From an uncultured Myxococcales bacterium (GTDB lineage Bacteria > Myxococcota > UBA4151), in the NCBI GenBank assembly GCA_964013405.1, contig CAXGWI010000007.1:1-64000 (forward strand): 64,000 bases of DNA, given 5' to 3'. A model generated the notes under the pieces. It saw only the letters and a program-made list of their open reading frames with translations, did no database searches and had not been told where the DNA came from. A program made the position numbers and the translations under genes. Positions within the stretch are counted from its first letter, which is position 1, and every line of letters starts with the position of its first letter. Positions 40,124 to 50,275 of the stretch are shown piece after piece.

Positions 40124-40909
40124 ATGTTACGGAGTCTACACATCGCATCGACGGGTATGGATGCCCAGCAGCGTAAACTGGATGTCACGTCGAACAATCT
40201 GGCCAACGTCAATACCACCGGCTTCAAGCGGGGCCGGGCCGAGTTCCAAGATCTCCTCTATCAGACCATCAAGGCCCCCGGTGAAGCCACCGGGCAGGGC
40301 GTGGAGAGTCCATCGGGGATTCAGACGGGCCTGGGCGTGCGCCATGTGGCCACAAGCCGAGACTTTGCCCAAGGCAGCCTGAAAAACACCGCCAATATCC
40401 TCGATCTGGCGGTGGAGGGGAATGGCTTCTTCCAGGTGACTCGTCCCAATGGCGAGATCGCCTATACCCGAGCCGGAAACTTTGGGCGGGATGCTCAAGG
40501 CCGCGTGGTCAATCCAGATGGTCTCCCCATCGAGCCACAAATCGTCCTGCCACCGGACACCCTGAGCATGAACATCTCCGCCGATGGCATCGTCAGCGTG
40601 ACCCAGGCCGGGCAAACCCAGGCCACCGAAGTGGGACAAATCCAGCTGGCCAACTTTATCAACCCATCGGGTTTGCGGGCCCTAGGCCGCAACCTGCTCG
40701 CCCAAACCAACGCATCGGGCACCGCCGTGGTGGGCAATCCGGGCGACACGGGCCTCGGCACCCTAGCCCAAGGCTTCTTGGAGACCGCCAACGTCAGCGT
40801 CGTCGATGAAATGGTGAACCTGATCACGGGACAGCGCACCTACGAAGCGAACTCGAAGATCATTTCGGCCAGCGATGAAATGCTGCGCTCCGCAGTTCAG
40901 TTACGCTAA
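40124..40909 (+). CDS. flgG: flagellar distal rod protein FlgG
   Basis: SNNLANVNTTGFK...FQDLLYQ, YTRAGNF, QRTYEANSK. Confidence 0.98.
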   Translation: MLRSLHIASTGMDAQQRKLDVTSNNLANVNTTGFKRGRAEFQDLLYQTIKAPGEATGQGVESPSGIQTGLGVRHVATSRDFAQGSLKNTANILDLAVEGNGFFQVTRPNGEIAYTRAGNFGRDAQGRVVNPDGLPIEPQIVLPPDTLSMNISADGIVSVTQAGQTQATEVGQIQLANFINPSGLRALGRNLLAQTNASGTAVVGNPGDTGLGTLAQGFLETANVSVVDEMVNLITGQRTYEANSKIISASDEMLRSAVQLR

Positions 40910-41823
40910 TGACTGGTATCCTCATCGGCCTGGTGCTGTTTGGCAACAGCCTCCCTGCAGAGGTCACCGTCAATGGGGGCGACGTGACCGTCGCGGATCT
41001 CATCCCCGCGGAGCAAGGTGTCCGTGGTGCGCTGCTCCAGCAGTATGCTGCGATCGGATTGGGTCGGGCGCCAGATCACGGCAAGAAGCGCCGGATCTCC
41101 GGTCGCTACATCCGCCGGCTCCTTCGGGCCTCTGGGCTTCCGGGCATCACGGTCCCCGAGACCGTCACTCTCATCGGCGCCAGCGGCAGCATCACCGAAG
41201 CCCAACAACTGACCTTCATCAAAAAGCAGTTACAGCGGCAATATGGCCCCCACCTCCAATTGGAGCGAGTCGAGGCCATGGGTCGCCTGCAAACCCTACA
41301 GGTTCCCCCCGGCAGCCGACCGGGTCGAGTCCGGCTTGCCCCCGGTGCCAGGCTTGGACCACGCACAAGCGTTCGACTGGACATCATGGCCGGACGCCGC
41401 CTGGTGCAAAAGCGCATCCTTCAGGTTCGCCTCGTCGGCACGGCTCAGGTCACGGTGACCACCGAGGCTTTCGATCGCCATCATGTGTTGAGCCCGGGGG
41501 ACTACCAAAAAGTACAGCGCAGCCTGGACCTGCTGCCCCGCAACTTCCGTCTGAAGGCCTTCTCGATCAACGGTCAAGTGCTCCGGCGCCCCCTGCCTCT
41601 CGGCACGGTGCTCCGTCCCAATCTGCTGCGCCCGCCGGTGGTGGTGAATCGTGGCGACCTCGTCCAACTGGAGTTGCGCCAGGCCGGGATGGTGCTTCGG
41701 GCCCGGGGCAAGGCTCTGGCCAACGGTGCTGTGGGTCAGATGATCGCCGTCCTCAATGCCGGCAGCGGCAAACGGATTCAGGGGCGAGTCAAAAGCCCCG
41801 GCGTCGTGGAGGTACGCCCATGA
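40909..41823 (+). CDS. flgA: P-ring assembly chaperone FlgA
   Basis: SAF-like region and VVNRGDLV...GKALANGAVGQMIAVLN..SGKRI. Confidence 0.92.
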   Translation: MTGILIGLVLFGNSLPAEVTVNGGDVTVADLIPAEQGVRGALLQQYAAIGLGRAPDHGKKRRISGRYIRRLLRASGLPGITVPETVTLIGASGSITEAQQLTFIKKQLQRQYGPHLQLERVEAMGRLQTLQVPPGSRPGRVRLAPGARLGPRTSVRLDIMAGRRLVQKRILQVRLVGTAQVTVTTEAFDRHHVLSPGDYQKVQRSLDLLPRNFRLKAFSINGQVLRRPLPLGTVLRPNLLRPPVVVNRGDLVQLELRQAGMVLRARGKALANGAVGQMIAVLNAGSGKRIQGRVKSPGVVEVRP

Positions 41824-42533
41824 AGACTCAAACCACTGCCACCGCTTCCCTTGGCCTGCTGTTGCTCATTCAGGGCTGCATGGTGCGACACATCGAGCCC
41901 TATGCAGCCAAAAAGAGGGACTGGAACCGGCTCCCTCAGGTCCAAATGGAGACCCAAAAAGACGATCACCAACGGAGCAAAGGCAGCCTATTCACCGACG
42001 ATGGCGATGATCTCTTTGTCTATCGCCGGGCTCGGCGACCAGGGGACATTCTCAGTGTGAAGATCTCCGAAAGTAGCCTTGCCGATGGTCGGGCCAACAC
42101 CAAACTGGACCGTCAGGTCAGCGAGTCAGCGGCCATCTCTGCCCTCCTGGGCCTGATGCAACAGATCAATACAGAAGACCCACGAATCACCCCCACCGGG
42201 CTGGTCGGTGCGGAGACGAAGCGTACTTTTCAAGGCAAGGGCACATCGGATCGAAGCACCAAGGTCGAAGCGGTGATCCCGGCCCGAGTGATCGCCCGAG
42301 AACCCAGCGGCAATTTGAGAATCGAAGGTCGAAGAGTCCTTCTCGTCAACGATGAGGAACACCATTTCTACCTCTCCGGTCTGATCCGGGTGGAAGATAT
42401 CGATTCAGCCAACACGATCGACAGCACCAAGATTGCCGAAGCAGAGATGGAATTCACGGGCAGAGGCAACATTACGTCAAAGAACCGACAGGGCTGGCTC
42501 GCCAGCACACTGGACTGGCTCTGGCCTTTCTAG
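41820..42533 (+). CDS. flgH: flagellar L-ring lipoprotein FlgH
   Basis: Lipobox LIQGC, RARRPGDILSVKISE, SGNLRIEG, SGLIRVEDI, QGWL...WPF. True start ATG 41820 (ATGA overlap with flgA). Confidence 0.95.
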   Translation: MKTQTTATASLGLLLLIQGCMVRHIEPYAAKKRDWNRLPQVQMETQKDDHQRSKGSLFTDDGDDLFVYRRARRPGDILSVKISESSLADGRANTKLDRQVSESAAISALLGLMQQINTEDPRITPTGLVGAETKRTFQGKGTSDRSTKVEAVIPARVIAREPSGNLRIEGRRVLLVNDEEHHFYLSGLIRVEDIDSANTIDSTKIAEAEMEFTGRGNITSKNRQGWLASTLDWLWPF

Positions 42534-42545
42534 AAAGCGAATATC

Positions 42546-43631
42546 ATGCGTCTTTCCCTCCTCGTACTCGCCCTACTTGTCGCCCTGCCCTCCCAGGCAT
42601 CTCGGGTGAAGGAACTCGTTAAAATTGAGGGACTTAGAGCCAACCATCTCGTGGGTTATGGCCTGGTTGTCGGCCTAGATGGACAAGGGGACAACGATTC
42701 GGCCCGCTTCACGGTCAAAAGCATCGCAGCCCTCATGCAGCGCCAGGGTGTTCAGGTCAAAGAACGAGAGATTCGCGTCAAGAATGTGGCTGCCGTCATG
42801 GTCACCTCTCAACTCCCTCCCTTCGCCAAGGCCGGTAACAATCTTGATGTCCAAGTCAGCTCCATCGGCAACGCCAAGAGCCTGCAAGGAGGCACTCTCC
42901 TCATGACCCGGATGAAGGGAGCCGACGGCAAGACCTATGCGCTCGCCCAAGGACCGGTAAGCGTCGGTGGGTTTTCCCTCGGCGGTGGTGGTGGCAAGGT
43001 CCAAAAAAATCACCCTACAGCGGGCCGGGTTCCCTCCGGCGCCACCGTTGAGCGCCCGGCCCCGAGCCAAATAGAGGCGGGCAAACCACTGATGCTGCAC
43101 CTCAACCGTCCTGACTTTACCACCGCGGCGCGCATTGCCCGAGCCATCAACGAGGCCCTTGGCAGCGTATCGGCTCAGGCCATGGACCCGGGCCAAGTGA
43201 AGGTGAGTATTCCCGAGCCCTATAAGAACCGCTCTGTCGACTTGGTGGCCGGTATCGAGTCCTTAGAGGTCCTGTCCGACCAACGGGCCCGGGTCGTGCT
43301 CAACGAACGTACGGGGACCGTCGTGATGGGGCACAAGGTCCGGATCAAGACCGTCGCCATCTCCCATGGCAGCCTGATGCTGAGTGTGAGCGGCGATGAA
43401 CAGGTTGTCCAACCGGAAGCCTTCAGCGAAGGCACCACCGCGACCCAGAAGAATTCGAAGGTCGAAGTCAAAGAAGGCTCCAGCGGTTTGGCGATGGTCA
43501 AGTCTGGCCCCACCCTCGGACAAGTGGTGAACGCGCTCAACGCCCTGGGCGTCACGACCCGTGACCTCATCGCTATCCTCCAAGCGATGCGAGCTGCGGG
43601 CGCCTTGGACGCTGAGATCGAGTTGCTATGA
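42546..43631 (+). CDS. flgI: flagellar P-ring protein FlgI
   Basis: NHLVGYGLVVGLDGQGD, KNVAAVMVT, SLQGGTLLMT, NERTGTVV, AAGALDAEI. Confidence 0.98.
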   Translation: MRLSLLVLALLVALPSQASRVKELVKIEGLRANHLVGYGLVVGLDGQGDNDSARFTVKSIAALMQRQGVQVKEREIRVKNVAAVMVTSQLPPFAKAGNNLDVQVSSIGNAKSLQGGTLLMTRMKGADGKTYALAQGPVSVGGFSLGGGGGKVQKNHPTAGRVPSGATVERPAPSQIEAGKPLMLHLNRPDFTTAARIARAINEALGSVSAQAMDPGQVKVSIPEPYKNRSVDLVAGIESLEVLSDQRARVVLNERTGTVVMGHKVRIKTVAISHGSLMLSVSGDEQVVQPEAFSEGTTATQKNSKVEVKEGSSGLAMVKSGPTLGQVVNALNALGVTTRDLIAILQAMRAAGALDAEIELL

Positions 43632-44362
43632 AGTTCGACCCCAACCAACTTATTAGGCCACGGCAGTCGCTGGATGAACAGCGGATCCAGGCCCTCCGAG
43701 AGCGTCACAGCCACGGCGGCGAGCAAGAGCGACTCGAAGAAGTGGCCGAGGCCTTCGAGGGTATTTTCGTCAAGATGCTCCTGGACCGGATGCCCGAGGA
43801 AGATCCAGAGGGGATCATGAGCTCCGGCTATGGTGGGCAGATGTTCAAAGGCATGCTCCACTCTGAATACGCGGACCGGGCCGCCAACCGGACCAACTTT
43901 GGCATTGCCGAGGCCATTCTCCGGCAACTCCAGCAAGGGCACCAAGATCATCCTGTCGCGCCCGTCGACAATGCTCGGCTGAGTAGCAACTACGGGCTTC
44001 GGTCCGATCCATTTCACGGGCATCAGCAACACCACAGTGGCATCGACTTTGCGGCGCCTTTGGGCACCCCGGTTAAAGGCGTGCTGGCTGGGCGAGTTAT
44101 GCGGGCCGGACCCGCGGGTAACTACGGCAATCTCGTTGAGATCCGGCACAGCGATGGCCGCCGGACCCGCTATGCCCACTTAGACGAGATCAAAGTCGAA
44201 GTGGGGCAATGGCTCGAGAAGGGCCAAACCCTTGGCACCGTCGGCCAGACCGGCCGATCCACTGGACCTCACCTGCACTTTGAACTTCGCGATGGCGACC
44301 ACAGCGTCAACCCGTCCCAATTGCTAAAGCTGGTCCCCGGTGCAGGCCATGAAGACCACTAG
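43628..44362 (+). CDS. flgJ: FlgJ rod-binding domain fused to an M23 metallopeptidase
   Basis: LEEVAEAFEGIFVKMLLDRM...FGIAEAILRQL; HSGIDF, YAHL and STGPHLHFE M23 motifs. Confidence 0.9.
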   Translation: MKFDPNQLIRPRQSLDEQRIQALRERHSHGGEQERLEEVAEAFEGIFVKMLLDRMPEEDPEGIMSSGYGGQMFKGMLHSEYADRAANRTNFGIAEAILRQLQQGHQDHPVAPVDNARLSSNYGLRSDPFHGHQQHHSGIDFAAPLGTPVKGVLAGRVMRAGPAGNYGNLVEIRHSDGRRTRYAHLDEIKVEVGQWLEKGQTLGTVGQTGRSTGPHLHFELRDGDHSVNPSQLLKLVPGAGHEDH

Positions 44363-44490
44363 TCGGCTAAACCGGACGGCAGCGCTCCCAACCAGCCCCC
44401 TTAAAATTCCTAGAACTCCTCGATCGAGCGCAACCTGGCCACTGGCGCAGGGGCTTATGATATGATCTTCTTGGTTAGGGAGGGTTGATC

Positions 44491-45696
44491 ATGGCCTTGG
44501 ATACCATCAAGTCGAATGCGTCCCATCTTTACAAGGGTCGGGAGCTGAAGAAAGCAATCGATTGGAGTGAAGAGGAGTGGGCCCACTGGGGCTGGCACCA
44601 GCGGCACCGTATCCGAAACCTGGAACAACTCGCCCAGTGGATCGATGTCACCGAAGATGAAGAAGAGGCCTTTATCAAGACTGACCCGGTCTTTCACATG
44701 GGCATCACCCCCTATTACGCTTCGCTCATCGACCCCTACGACGAAAACTGCCCGATTCGCCTGCAGGCGGTTCCCAAGATGCCGGAGCTGGACATCAGCA
44801 ACTGGGATCTCGACGACCCGCTGGGTGAGGAAAGCGACATGGTGGTTCCGGGACTGACCCACCGCTACCCGGACCGGGTCCTCTTCTACACCAATCACAA
44901 CTGCGCCATGTACTGCCGGTTCTGCACCCGAAAGCGCAAAGTGAGCGATCCGACCTCGATGACGAACAAGCGGGCCTATCAAGAGATCTACGACTATCTC
45001 GCCGAGCATCCCGAGGTGAATGATGTTGTCATTTCGGGCGGTGATCCGCTCTCCCTTGCGGACAAGCGACTCGCCGATATTTTCGAGGAATTCTCGAAGA
45101 TTCCTCACATCAAGTACTGCCGACTGGGCAGTCGTAACCTAGTCACCCTGCCACAAAGAGTGACCGACGACTTTGCCCACCTCCTCAAAACCTATCAAAG
45201 TCGCCATCTGAGCATCTTCTTCAATACCCACTACAACCACCCCAAAGAGTGCACTGAAGAAGCCTGGGACGCCTGCGATCGAGTCGCGCTTTCCGGGACG
45301 CCGATGAACAATCAGATGGTGCTGATGAAGGGGGTCAACGACTCCGTGGAGACGGTCAGCGAGCTCAACCGCAAGCTACTGCAGATGCGTGTTCGCCCCT
45401 ACTACATCTACCAATGCGACCTGGCCGAGGGCGTGAGCCACTTCCGCACCAGCGTGAAGACGGGTATCGAGATTGTTCGAGGGCTGCGGGGCTATATGAG
45501 CGGTATGGCCGTGCCCCAATTCGTTGTCGATGCGCCAGGTGGTGGTGGTAAAGTTCCGGTCAACCCTAACTATATCGTGGATCTGGATGGCGACTCCATC
45601 GTGCTACGCAATTTCCAGGGCAAGATTTATCGCTACCCAGAAACCGAACTCGGTTTCGATCAGATCACACCAGAAGTGATGCTCCCCGAGAGCTAG
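44491..45696 (+). CDS. KamA-family radical SAM protein (lysine 2,3-aminomutase-like)
   Basis: THRYPDRVL, CAMYCRFCTRKR, SGGDPL, HYNHPKE, DAPGGGGK (PLP lysine). Confidence 0.95.
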   Translation: MALDTIKSNASHLYKGRELKKAIDWSEEEWAHWGWHQRHRIRNLEQLAQWIDVTEDEEEAFIKTDPVFHMGITPYYASLIDPYDENCPIRLQAVPKMPELDISNWDLDDPLGEESDMVVPGLTHRYPDRVLFYTNHNCAMYCRFCTRKRKVSDPTSMTNKRAYQEIYDYLAEHPEVNDVVISGGDPLSLADKRLADIFEEFSKIPHIKYCRLGSRNLVTLPQRVTDDFAHLLKTYQSRHLSIFFNTHYNHPKECTEEAWDACDRVALSGTPMNNQMVLMKGVNDSVETVSELNRKLLQMRVRPYYIYQCDLAEGVSHFRTSVKTGIEIVRGLRGYMSGMAVPQFVVDAPGGGGKVPVNPNYIVDLDGDSIVLRNFQGKIYRYPETELGFDQITPEVMLPES

Positions 45697-45708
45697 GCGC
45701 TGATCCCC

Positions 45709-46758
45709 TTAGGGGACGGCGGGCAGCAGGCCGGCCAGTCCCCTCGACTCCGGTAGCCCCAGGGCGAGATTGAGGGCCTGAATTGCGCCCCCCGAAGACC
45801 CCTTGCACAGATTATCCAAAGCGCAGGTCACCACCACCAATCCATTGTTCGGGTCGGCGACCACTTGCAGTTCCACCCGATTGGTCCCAGCGACCCGGGC
45901 AAGACTCGGCTGTTGCCCCCCGGGCAGAAGACGAACGAACGGGCTGCCTTCATAAAATGCAGTGACTGCCTCCCGAATCACGGCCTCCTCATCAATCTCG
46001 ATGGGCACGTAACAGGTGGCTAAAATACCACGGCGAACGGGCAACAGGTGAGGCGTAAAGCGCAAGCGAACATCGCCATCAGTGAGCCAAGTCAGGTTGC
46101 GTACGATCTCTGGCTGGTGTCGATGTCCAACGACCTTATAGGCTTGAATGGTATCGGCCACGGCACAGTAATGACTGCCTGGCTTGGCCTGAATACCAGC
46201 CCCCGTCACACCGGACTTACAATCGGCGATCACAACCCCGGTCCTCGCCACCATGCCAGCGGCAAAAAGCGGTGCGACCGCCAAGGTGACCGTGGTGGGA
46301 TAACAGCCCGGACCCGCGATCAGTGATGCGCCAACGAGGCTCTCTCGACAGTCGGGTAACTCGGGCAAACCGTAAACTGCTTTGGTGAAATGCTCCGGAC
46401 AAGGATGGGGACCATAGTGCTGCTCGTATAAGGCCAAATCGAGGCGAAAGTCGGCCGAGAGGTCAACCACACGAACACCGGCGGCCAACAGGGCTCCAGC
46501 GACGCTCGCACTTTGGCCATGGGGCAAAGCCAATAGAGCCCACTGGGCTCGGTTGGCGATCACATCCACATCAACCGCTTCGATCTGGCTCGGCAAGCCC
46601 ACAGCTGCAAGCTGGGGCCAGTGGTCCTCTAGGCGCTGGCCCGCACTCCGGTGTCCAAACAAGCCTGTGACGGAAAAGTCCGGATGGCCCACCAAGATGC
46701 GCAAGGCCTCCGCGCCCGTATAACCCGAGGCCCCGAGAACAACGATGGACTGGGACAT
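45709..46758 (-). CDS. argC: N-acetyl-gamma-glutamyl-phosphate reductase
   Basis: GASGYTG, LALPHG, DLSADFR, GPGCYPT, SGVTGAG, HRHQPE, DNLCKG. Confidence 0.97.
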   Translation of the reverse strand: MSQSIVVLGASGYTGAEALRILVGHPDFSVTGLFGHRSAGQRLEDHWPQLAAVGLPSQIEAVDVDVIANRAQWALLALPHGQSASVAGALLAAGVRVVDLSADFRLDLALYEQHYGPHPCPEHFTKAVYGLPELPDCRESLVGASLIAGPGCYPTTVTLAVAPLFAAGMVARTGVVIADCKSGVTGAGIQAKPGSHYCAVADTIQAYKVVGHRHQPEIVRNLTWLTDGDVRLRFTPHLLPVRRGILATCYVPIEIDEEAVIREAVTAFYEGSPFVRLLPGGQQPSLARVAGTNRVELQVVADPNNGLVVVTCALDNLCKGSSGGAIQALNLALGLPESRGLAGLLPAVP

Positions 46759-47429
46759 CAGAAGGTCTCCAAGTGCTTCGCCAACCCAGGTAGATCAAGA
46801 AACAGCGGCGTATAGCCCTGGGCCGCCAGGCCTTCGCCCTGATCCATACCCCATCGGACCCCGAGAAAGTGGCAGCCTGCTGCTTGGGCCGCGGCCGCAT
46901 CGGTCGGTGTATCGCCAATATGAAGGTGCTGGCTTGGGCGAGCACCGAGGCGATCCATACAGACATGAATCATCTCTGGATCGGGCTTAGCGAGCCCATC
47001 GTCACCGCAGTGAACGCTGTCGAAGAGCGGCCCCCAATTCAAATCCTCAAGGATCCGCTCGGTAAACCGGCGCGGCTTGTTGGTGGCCAAGGCCTGCTTA
47101 ATCCCCGCTGCCCGCATGGCCCGACTGTACTCAAGAACACCTGGATAGGCCTGCGTCGTTTCACTGCAGCCCAGGAGGTAATGGTCGAGAAATCGACCCA
47201 CGGTGGCTTCCAACTCTGTTTCGCCTAGGCCCGCGTCGAGACAGTTGCTCACCAACCAGCGGGCGCCGCGCCCCACATGGCGAGCCACCTCAGGAACGGG
47301 CAAGGCTGGCAGATCTTTCTCGAGCCGGGTCTTGTTCAAGGCCCGGGCCAAATCCACCGAGGTGTCCGCGAAGGTGCCGTCCAGATCCCAACTGACACTG
47401 ATGAGGCCGCGGGGCAGATGGGTGCTCAA
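46758..47429 (-). CDS. HAD-family hydrolase (phosphoglycolate phosphatase-like)
   Basis: DLDGT, ATNK, KPDP, IGDT..D. TTG start at 47429 overlaps the stop of the upstream gene (TTGA). Confidence 0.9.
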   Translation of the reverse strand: MSTHLPRGLISVSWDLDGTFADTSVDLARALNKTRLEKDLPALPVPEVARHVGRGARWLVSNCLDAGLGETELEATVGRFLDHYLLGCSETTQAYPGVLEYSRAMRAAGIKQALATNKPRRFTERILEDLNWGPLFDSVHCGDDGLAKPDPEMIHVCMDRLGARPSQHLHIGDTPTDAAAAQAAGCHFLGVRWGMDQGEGLAAQGYTPLFLDLPGLAKHLETF

Positions 47430-48421
47430 CGACAGTTCGGTACGAGGGGGCTGCAGCACTTGGGACGCCGGCGTACCCAGCCACAGTCTTCCTTGCTCGC
47501 GCAGGCCTGGCCATCCATGCGACCATTGACGCAAAGGCCATTTTCACAGTCGGGATTGGTCTCCGCGTCGGCCTTCAAATGGATGAAGGCTCGAATGGAA
47601 CCGTCTTCCGACTTTTGGATGTCATCTGGGCGAGCGCCAGGCGGGCCGATCTCCTCATCGAACTTACAGAGGTAGCCTTTGTCGTGGTAAAGGATTTCGA
47701 TCTTATGTCGGATGGGTGATCCCCGATCGTAGTTCATGACGGCCTTCATATAGGCCCCGCCTTCAGCCTTGTTGATGTCCGCATCCGGATCCTGCTCGAG
47801 GATAAAGGATTCAAACTGACCGCTAACTACTTCCCATTTCGACAGATCTAAGGCCCAGGCGTAGGGGGTGGGGTTCCGTTCTGGGAGAAGCGCAAGGTTC
47901 GTCCGATAGCGCTGCTCGCCATCGTGGGGCGCCTTGCGAGATTCGGTCCATGGCGCCAGGTTGACCAACCAGGAGTTGGCCACAAGGTTCATGTCGGGAT
48001 GCTCCCGAAACAGATCCCAGGTGTTCTCGGCGACCAATTGGAAGATATTGTCCCAGTTCTCGGGAATGCAGTAGGTGACGGAACCGCCGCCTAGCTCCTC
48101 TCGCACGTTCAGCTCCCTCGCCGCCGTACCGAGGGGGCATTCATCCTCTTGCTTGTCCGGAATCTTCTCGGTGACGAGAATATCCTGATACCAAGTGCCC
48201 TGGCGCTCACAGGCATCGTTCACATGCCCCTCTGCGCAGCCCTGGGTCACGGCGATCAGCCCCTGATAACGAAACTGATCTCCTGGATAGATCGGCAACT
48301 CATGGGGGGCCGGCCCTGCATCGACAATCCGTGGTGGCCCACCATCACCACGACCCAAAATGTCATCTTCAGGACATGCGGTGATGAGAGGGATGAGACT
48401 CAAAAGTAGGAGATGGCGCAT
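47426..48421 (-). CDS. hypothetical lipoprotein with Cys-rich C-terminus
   Basis: Lipobox LITAC, DGG/DAG linker, AAAGGGAG RBS, paired cysteines. Confidence 0.75.
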   Translation of the reverse strand: MRHLLLLSLIPLITACPEDDILGRGDGGPPRIVDAGPAPHELPIYPGDQFRYQGLIAVTQGCAEGHVNDACERQGTWYQDILVTEKIPDKQEDECPLGTAARELNVREELGGGSVTYCIPENWDNIFQLVAENTWDLFREHPDMNLVANSWLVNLAPWTESRKAPHDGEQRYRTNLALLPERNPTPYAWALDLSKWEVVSGQFESFILEQDPDADINKAEGGAYMKAVMNYDRGSPIRHKIEILYHDKGYLCKFDEEIGPPGARPDDIQKSEDGSIRAFIHLKADAETNPDCENGLCVNGRMDGQACASKEDCGWVRRRPKCCSPLVPNCR

Positions 48422-48473
48422 GCGACTCCCTTTCCTTGGAGGGAGTCATGCCACGCTGAAAGGGCGCTGTCGA

Positions 48474-49451
48474 TCAGTGGAGTGGACCAGCGAGACGTCC
48501 CTCCGGTTGCTTGACCTGCATGGGCAACTGCAAGTTGACGCCCACTGCGGGCCAGCGACTACGGGTAGCGAGGGCCTCGACATAGGAGGTGAGTTTCTGA
48601 TCGACAACCCGACCCCAGCCCTCCCGGGAGGCATGGCGGATCACGGTGACCCCTCCCGGTTGAGTCGGCTGGATCACGATACCCACATGGGAGATGCGCA
48701 CGGGATTGTATTTGCGGGGCGCACGCACGAGCAGCAAGAGGGTGCCCGTGGGGATGGAGCGAGCCCGGGCCTTCAAAGCATACCAAGGCAGTGTGGGGAG
48801 TTCATGACGACCTGCGGGGGCCATGGACAACTGAAAATGGAGCGGTAGCTTGGAAGGGGGGACGCTCTTCCAGTCGAGGACATCATAATCTTGAACCACC
48901 GTGGTCAGACTCGCTCCGGCCACCGCAGCAGTAATATCCTTGAGTAAGCCGAGGCGGTGCTGGTTCGGGAGCCACTGGGACAACATGAAGTGGTTGCGAT
49001 GCTCGTAGGCCACCCGATCACCGGCGTAACGAATCCTGTCCATCCACCGGCTCGCCTCCTTCAAATTGGGTGCTAGACTCAGGGCCATCACCGTCTCCAC
49101 GAAGGTGAGACAGTCCACAGGCGCCAACTGCAGTCGGGGGTCTTGATCCCATAGACCGCCCTCGCCCTCCCCTAAGGGGTCATCCCGATAGTGGGCGCCG
49201 AGAAGCCCATGGGAGTGGGACAGCATGCGCTCCCGGAGGCTATGCTTTCTCGCCACCCGGCGAAGTCGGCGGTTGATTTGTGTCTTGGACAACTTGCCGT
49301 AGCGACTCCGGTCCCGGACCTTTTTGGGAAAGACAGGCCGGCGGGTCACGGGATCACGGGGTCTTTCCCCTGGCGGTGGGAGCGCCTGGGCCTGGTTGAC
49401 CGGAAGTTCAACCCCAAGCAGAAACAATGACACAGCAACAAGGCGATACAT
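48474..49451 (-). CDS. DUF1460-like NlpC/P60-fold amidase
   Basis: Signal peptide from ATG 49451; LGEG, VDCLTFVET (Cys), IRY, RNHF..W, SHVGIV (His), IRHAS. Confidence 0.85.
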   Translation of the reverse strand: MYRLVAVSLFLLGVELPVNQAQALPPPGERPRDPVTRRPVFPKKVRDRSRYGKLSKTQINRRLRRVARKHSLRERMLSHSHGLLGAHYRDDPLGEGEGGLWDQDPRLQLAPVDCLTFVETVMALSLAPNLKEASRWMDRIRYAGDRVAYEHRNHFMLSQWLPNQHRLGLLKDITAAVAGASLTTVVQDYDVLDWKSVPPSKLPLHFQLSMAPAGRHELPTLPWYALKARARSIPTGTLLLLVRAPRKYNPVRISHVGIVIQPTQPGGVTVIRHASREGWGRVVDQKLTSYVEALATRSRWPAVGVNLQLPMQVKQPEGRLAGPLH

Positions 49452-50223
49452 GCTCGTGGGACCCAACCGACAGACCTTTCGACTGCTCGCAAGAATCCTG
49501 CCGATCTCGCTGTGCTTTCTCGCCTGCACCACTGCGCAAAGTCACAGTCGACTTCGACTCCAGCGACAAGGCAGCCAACCGCGCTGGGAAAAAATACCCT
49601 GGCAAGCCGTTGAGACGCCCTGGTTCGGCGAGGGTTTTCCGGCCACTGAAGCGCTGGAGAAACAACTTCAGGCCCGTTTGAATCAGGACTTAAATGGGAG
49701 GGCGTTGCCCGAGAAAAAGCCCCTCCACCTGGTCCTTGGTCGACCCCGGCTCGATTGTGAGCCGGGCCCGAAACGCTGGCGCTGTTATGCCCAAGTGATC
49801 GTTGAGATGCGGGGGCGCCGAGGCCAAGTAGCCCTATGGGCGGCGGAAGGGCTCGCCTGGATCGAGCTCGATGGTCAGCCCCGGTCCGGGCAGCGGCCCG
49901 TTTTGGCCCATACCTTGGTAACGACAGCCATTCAGGCAATTCGGGAAGGCCCCCAGATACGAACGAAGTCGTCAGGCTCTGGGCCTCTCGCCCTCGCCAT
50001 CCGTGCGGGCAGCGCAGATCCCTTAGCCGACTGGTTTGACGAACTCGGCGCCGAAGGGAGCACAGAAGCCCGACGGGTCGCCCTCTGGCTCGCCATTGGA
50101 CACCTCGCTAAAGAAAGGCATCGACTTCAGATCGAGAACACGAAGCCCCGCTCTGCGCGGGAAACCAAGGCTCGACAATTAGCCCTCGATTGGCTCGATG
50201 AGCTTCCAGACCCGGCCCGATAG
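49450..50223 (+). CDS. hypothetical lipoprotein
   Basis: Lipobox-like FLAC after a hydrophobic stretch; start uncertain. Confidence 0.6.
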   Translation: MLVGPNRQTFRLLARILPISLCFLACTTAQSHSRLRLQRQGSQPRWEKIPWQAVETPWFGEGFPATEALEKQLQARLNQDLNGRALPEKKPLHLVLGRPRLDCEPGPKRWRCYAQVIVEMRGRRGQVALWAAEGLAWIELDGQPRSGQRPVLAHTLVTTAIQAIREGPQIRTKSSGSGPLALAIRAGSADPLADWFDELGAEGSTEARRVALWLAIGHLAKERHRLQIENTKPRSARETKARQLALDWLDELPDPAR

Positions 50224-50275
50224 GCCAATAGTCCTTCCCTCATCGACAGCTAGCGTGGGGGCGATTCTCTGTGTA

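Noticed and set aside
40875..41819. 552-aa ORF suggesting a long N-terminal extension of FlgH
   Set aside because: The extension is an alternate frame over flgA. FlgH has its own ATG and lipobox at 41820 with an ATGA overlap.
44443..44460. TGGCGC as a sigma54 promoter for the KamA-family gene
   Set aside because: No GC at the required -12 spacing; nearby TATGAT suggests a sigma70-type -10 box instead.
44491..45696. Assignment as epmB or ablA, or as a flagellin-modifying enzyme
   Set aside because: No efp/epmA or ablB neighbour in the window; only a family-level call is supported.
47430..47534. Apparent 109-nt same-strand overlap of the HAD gene with the upstream lipoprotein
   Set aside because: A TTG start at 47429 gives a normal 4-nt overlap and keeps HAD motif I near the N-terminus.
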